64,000 nt of DNA, taken from Moraxellaceae bacterium UBA2031 (GTDB lineage Bacteria > Pseudomonadota > Gammaproteobacteria > Pseudomonadales > Moraxellaceae). Location: assembly GCA_002333145.1 (NCBI GenBank), contig DDBN01000081.1, positions 27,331 through 91,330 on the forward strand. Direction: 5' to 3'. Both the position numbers and the translations under genes were made by a program. Numbering within the stretch: the first letter of the stretch is position 1; every line of letters starts with the position of its first letter. The notes beneath the pieces were generated by a model. The model saw only the letters and a list, made by a program, of their open reading frames with translations. It ran no database searches and was not told the origin of the DNA. Positions 60,201 to 64,000 of this stretch are shown piece after piece.

Positions 60201-62186
60201 TTAATCGGCCTTAGTGCCGTAATAATCATAATAGCCGTAGTAACTACCGTACTTGTTGGCTTTGCTGAAATTCACCTGATTCAATACCACACCAGCGAGC
60301 GGCGCATTTACCCTCTGCAGGCGCTGGATACCAGTACGGGCAGAATGGAAGGCCGTAGAATCTGACTTAACAACATAGATAACCGCATTTGCCAGTGAAG
60401 CCAATACCAGTGCATCACTCACGGCCAGCGTTGGTGCAGAATCAATCACGATACGGTCATATTTTTCCAGCAACTGATTGAGCACTTCCTTGAATCGCTT
60501 GGAAGACAGCAACTCAAGAGGGTTAGGTGGAATAAGACCTGCTGTCAGCACATCAATATTGCCGTCTTCCAGGTGATGAATACATTGAGACATATCGGCA
60601 GAGCCTGCCACCAGATTGGACAAGCCAGGGCTGGCCGCAGGGATGTTACAGGCCTTTGCTACGCTTGGGCGGCGCATATCCGCATCAATCAGCAAAACCC
60701 TTTCCATCTGCCCCATGGCCAACGCCAAGTTCAACGATGTGGTCGTCTTGCCTTCACCGGGAACACTGGATGTCACCACAACAATCTGGTGCGGTGCATC
60801 GATGCTGGAAAGAATCACACCCGTGCGTATGGTACGCATGGCCTCCGCAAAGGATTGCATCCCCTCTTCCAGAAAGGTTGCTTGCGCAAAATTGGACTTG
60901 GTCTTGGATTTGGCGAGCGGCAATAAACCCAACATGGGTACACCAAGGCGTGCTTCGACATCTTCTGCACCCTTGAAGGTGCTATCGAGATAGTCGAGAA
61001 GAAACGCGAGAAGTACACCTAACATCAGGCTCAGCACAAATGCTAACGCCATTGTGAGTTTTTTGTTTGGTTTAACTGGAATCGATGACACCACTGCAGG
61101 GTCAACCACACGCGCATTGGATGTTTCTAACTGACGCGTCTGATTCGCTTCTTTGATGCGGGTAAAAAAGGTGTCGTACAGATTGCGATTGGTTTCTACT
61201 TCTCGCATTAACTCCTGCAGGCGGAACTCCTTGCGCGCCACCACCATGGCATTCTTGCGTGCCTGACGCAGCGCTATATCGGCTTCATCTAACTCATATT
61301 GAGCTTGTAGATACGATGGATGCTTTGGGCCATAACGCTTGCTGATTTCAGAGAGTTTGAACTGTGCTTGAATCTGCCGCTCCGAGAGGTCTTGCAACTG
61401 CTTGGCAGTCAGCGCCAATACACCCTCAACATCACCAGTTTTAACCAGATCGTTTTGTTCACGGTACGCCTGCAGTTTTTGCTCGGAAGCATCCAGACTG
61501 GTCTTGAGGGAAGACATTCTAACTGTCAGCCATGCCGCTGCTTGCTCTGTAACGGCAATACGGGCTTCCATCTGACTGTTGATATAGGCATATGCCATGG
61601 CGTTGGCAACACGCGCAGCCAATGCCTTATCGAAAGACTCAAAGCTGATTTTGACCAACTGCGTATTGCGCACTGGTGCTACCGTAAGGTTTGCCGAGAA
61701 ACGATCAACGATACGGTTAAATTTCTCATCGTCAGAAATACTTGGGTTTTTTTGATGCCCTTTCGGCAACAGAAAACGCCAGTCCAACTTAAAGGAAGTT
61801 TGATCTGTTTCCTGCTTTGTCTCTTCCTGCGGAGCAAACTCAGGATGAGTCTCCAGCTTAAGCTCGCGGACCACGCGTGCGGCAAGCTCTCGAGACTTAA
61901 GGATTTCAAATTGGGTTTGCAGATACTCCTTATTGGAGCCATCCAGCCCATAGACCTCTTCGATGGTAATGACTTTTGCCTGTTTCTGCTCAATCAGCAA
62001 CGTCACCGTCGAACGGTAAACCGGGTCCATGGAGAACACGATAAGCGTCGCCAGAACCGTGATGGCAATCGCCAGTCCGAGGATGCCCCACTTGTAACGC
62101 GAGACGATGCGCCAATACTGGCGCAAATCAATTTCTTGCTCCTGCTCGGGAGATGTTCCCGCCAGAGGGCCAGCTAACTTATCCAT
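60201..62186 (-). CDS. wzc: Wzc-like polysaccharide co-polymerase / BY tyrosine autokinase
   Basis: N-terminal Wzz domain with 2 TM helices and a coiled coil. Walker A SSVPGEGKTT, A' LLIDADMRRPS, Walker B RIVIDSAP. C-terminal Tyr cluster YGSYYGYYDYYG. Confidence 0.9.
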   Translation of the reverse strand: MDKLAGPLAGTSPEQEQEIDLRQYWRIVSRYKWGILGLAIAITVLATLIVFSMDPVYRSTVTLLIEQKQAKVITIEEVYGLDGSNKEYLQTQFEILKSRELAARVVRELKLETHPEFAPQEETKQETDQTSFKLDWRFLLPKGHQKNPSISDDEKFNRIVDRFSANLTVAPVRNTQLVKISFESFDKALAARVANAMAYAYINSQMEARIAVTEQAAAWLTVRMSSLKTSLDASEQKLQAYREQNDLVKTGDVEGVLALTAKQLQDLSERQIQAQFKLSEISKRYGPKHPSYLQAQYELDEADIALRQARKNAMVVARKEFRLQELMREVETNRNLYDTFFTRIKEANQTRQLETSNARVVDPAVVSSIPVKPNKKLTMALAFVLSLMLGVLLAFLLDYLDSTFKGAEDVEARLGVPMLGLLPLAKSKTKSNFAQATFLEEGMQSFAEAMRTIRTGVILSSIDAPHQIVVVTSSVPGEGKTTTSLNLALAMGQMERVLLIDADMRRPSVAKACNIPAASPGLSNLVAGSADMSQCIHHLEDGNIDVLTAGLIPPNPLELLSSKRFKEVLNQLLEKYDRIVIDSAPTLAVSDALVLASLANAVIYVVKSDSTAFHSARTGIQRLQRVNAPLAGVVLNQVNFSKANKYGSYYGYYDYYGTKAD

Positions 62187-62197
62187 CCGGGGAAACC

Positions 62198-62857
62198 TCA
62201 GAAGAAGCTTTGTTCAATGGTCAGGATGTCACCAGGCCGCAGCACAGCATCTAGCGACGCTGAGCGTGCCTGCCCTGCAGGATCATCCTCATGAATAATG
62301 AAAATCTTGGTATAAGAAGCACGTGGGGTAAAGCCACCTGCGAGTGAAATAGCTTTACGAACCGTCAAACCAGGCTGGTACGCAAAACCACCTGGCTTGT
62401 TCACCTCACCGTTCACAAAGAACTGGCGATACTCAAGAATGGTGACGTAGACCTGCGGATTAACCAAATAGCCTGACTTGAGCTGTGTGGTTAATTGCTC
62501 CTGAAGCTTGCCGATCGTCATGCCTTGAGCACGAATTTCCCCCAGCAAGGGGTACGCCAATGTGCCCGCATCAGTCAGCCTCACTTCAAGGCTAAGCTCT
62601 TTTTCGTTGAACACCGTGATACTCAGGCGATCACCCGGGCCAAGCTTATAGTCTGATGACGGAGAGAATGTCGAATCAAGAGATTGGTTAGATACTCCAG
62701 TGTCATTCTCCGTCACTCGATAGCGCTCTGCTACTTGACTAACAGCTACCGGAGAAACACCAAAAAGCCGCTCCCACCAAGTGGGGGCGGCTTGTGATGT
62801 ACCCGTCATAATCATTAACAAAGCGGCCAGCAGTACTCGGGCAAAAAAGTTATGCAT
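62198..62857 (-). CDS. wza: Wza-like polysaccharide export protein (Poly_export + SLBB)
   Basis: Signal peptide MHNFFARVLLAALLMIMTGTSQA. Motifs YKLGPGDRLSITVF and FVNGEVNKPG. Short form without the long C-terminal helix region. An alternative GTG start is at 62875. Confidence 0.82.
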   Translation of the reverse strand: MHNFFARVLLAALLMIMTGTSQAAPTWWERLFGVSPVAVSQVAERYRVTENDTGVSNQSLDSTFSPSSDYKLGPGDRLSITVFNEKELSLEVRLTDAGTLAYPLLGEIRAQGMTIGKLQEQLTTQLKSGYLVNPQVYVTILEYRQFFVNGEVNKPGGFAYQPGLTVRKAISLAGGFTPRASYTKIFIIHEDDPAGQARSASLDAVLRPGDILTIEQSFF

Positions 62858-62883
62858 GTACAAACAACCACTCACCGCGATGA

Positions 62884-64000
62884 TTACAGGCTGGCCTGAA
62901 CCGAGAGAAAGAAAACATTACGATCGACATTATACTGACCAAGTGTTGAGTCAGTGGACTTGGCAGAAACACCACCGCCGAGAATGAGCCAGCGGCGCAT
63001 CTGGTAGTCTACTTTTGCCCCGATATTTGTTATGTCATCTTCGCGAATAACATTATCGATACGGTTGTGGTCTTGATTACTAAGACTGTATGAAAGTGTT
63101 GTCGACAAGCGCTCAAGCCAGTCCTGCGTCCAAGCAGCTGAGTAGCTAGTACTTTCAATAGATGCTGTCGGCAGCGTGCCATCTGAGAATCCATTAGAGA
63201 GACCAAAATTGAATCGTGTCAGCTCTCTTGGAGACCAAGTAACATTAGCGTCATACGTAAAGCCCGATTTATCAAAGCCACTTGCAACCTTACGCTCAGT
63301 CTGTCCCATACGAATTCGGCCAGTAGTCTGTGCACTGTTCTCCCAAGTGGCTCCTACCAGAAATGCTGTCTGTTCGAAGTCTGACTGATTCGCAGTCGCG
63401 GCATTCTTGTAACTACCTTCCGAACGCTCAATATCAAACGTCACCTTGGTTTTTGGCATTACACGGTAGCGAAGGCCAACACCGTAGTTGAGCGTATCCA
63501 GATCACGCGCTACAGCTGCAGCAGTGCGATCATAACTTTTATTAGTTAAGCCTAAGTTTGCCACAACTTGCCCTAGAGCACCCTCTGCTCCATAGGTTAT
63601 TCCACCATTCAAGCCGGCTAGCCGGTACTGGTCAGGCTCGGATAGTGCGGCAATAGCTGCTGCGCCAATACCTTCTGTAGCTCCCGTTCCCAAGTCATCA
63701 TGAAGCAAGCTAAAAGATGCACCCAAATCGAGCTTGGCCCGGGAGGACATGTTGAGCCCTGCCCCTGCACTCAATGAATGGTCAATATAATTGTTATCGC
63801 CATCTTCTGAGTAAAAACCAGCATTAATACCGTAGGACAATGTATAGGTATTATCACGATCCTGAGCAGACAGACTGACCGATGGGCTGACCACAAAAAT
63901 CATGGAATCTACTTCATTAGCGCTGAGATTATAGATGTTGTCATCCATAATCATCTGGGCGCCCAGCAGTGGAACCAACTGAAACGGCTCAAGATTAATC
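62884..64000 (-). CDS. outer-membrane beta-barrel protein of EPS loci (OmpL/BBP2-like), 5' end beyond window
   Basis: The frame stays open to base 64000. Alternating amphipathic beta-strand pattern, Gly/Ser/Tyr/Asp rich. First gene of the Wza-Wzc string. Confidence 0.6.
   Translation of the reverse strand, partial: INLEPFQLVPLLGAQMIMDDNIYNLSANEVDSMIFVVSPSVSLSAQDRDNTYTLSYGINAGFYSEDGDNNYIDHSLSAGAGLNMSSRAKLDLGASFSLLHDDLGTGATEGIGAAAIAALSEPDQYRLAGLNGGITYGAEGALGQVVANLGLTNKSYDRTAAAVARDLDTLNYGVGLRYRVMPKTKVTFDIERSEGSYKNAATANQSDFEQTAFLVGATWENSAQTTGRIRMGQTERKVASGFDKSGFTYDANVTWSPRELTRFNFGLSNGFSDGTLPTASIESTSYSAAWTQDWLERLSTTLSYSLSNQDHNRIDNVIREDDITNIGAKVDYQMRRWLILGGGVSAKSTDSTLGQYNVDRNVFFLSVQASL

Noticed and set aside
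61320-62177. 285-aa plus-strand ORF
   Set aside because: It is antisense to the Wzc-like gene, whose own frame carries clear Walker and Tyr-cluster motifs. It is a shadow ORF.
1-64000. Search by eye for CRISPR arrays, IS elements, rRNA operons, prophage or toxin-antitoxin cassettes
   Set aside because: None found. The only repetitive DNA is the intragenic repeat at 57973-58110 and isolated terminator-type hairpins.

Overview
This looks like a chromosomal segment of a Gram-negative proteobacterium. Gene order and content look betaproteobacterial, and it appears moderately GC-rich by eye; I computed no composition statistics. Most of the window is a housekeeping backbone in classic syntenic blocks: metG; pntAA-pntAB-pntB; lysS-prfB (programmed +1 frameshift)-recJ-[thrC-hom]-dsbC-xerD; rplS-trmD-rimM-rpsP-[EamA]-ffh; ypjD-corB; purT; two Nudix genes; dgt; can and an arginase; glpG; ppc; and one tRNA-Leu(UAG). 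I saw no rRNA, CRISPR array, IS/transposase, prophage or recognisable defence cassette. Three regions are less ordinary. (1) A four-gene block (22.8-29.7 kb) sits exactly at the normally adjacent ffh | ypjD junction. It encodes a large IPT/Asp-box-propeller lipoprotein and a tightly coupled operon of a YfiR-like periplasmic protein, a YfiN-like (CHASE8-type) hybrid histidine kinase and a TonB-dependent receptor. This operon is my best candidate for an undescribed trans-envelope signalling module. (2) At 53.5-58.1 kb, a RetS-like 7TMR-DISM hybrid kinase with a pseudo-receiver is divergent from a degenerate GGDEF protein (GGNEF, intact RxxD), followed by an AAEAP-type (Neisseria H.8-like) repeat lipoprotein. 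(3) At 58.7-64.0 kb there is a Wza/Wzc-type exopolysaccharide export operon with a PHP-type tyrosine phosphatase. All functional calls come from reading motifs in the translations; no database search was run.
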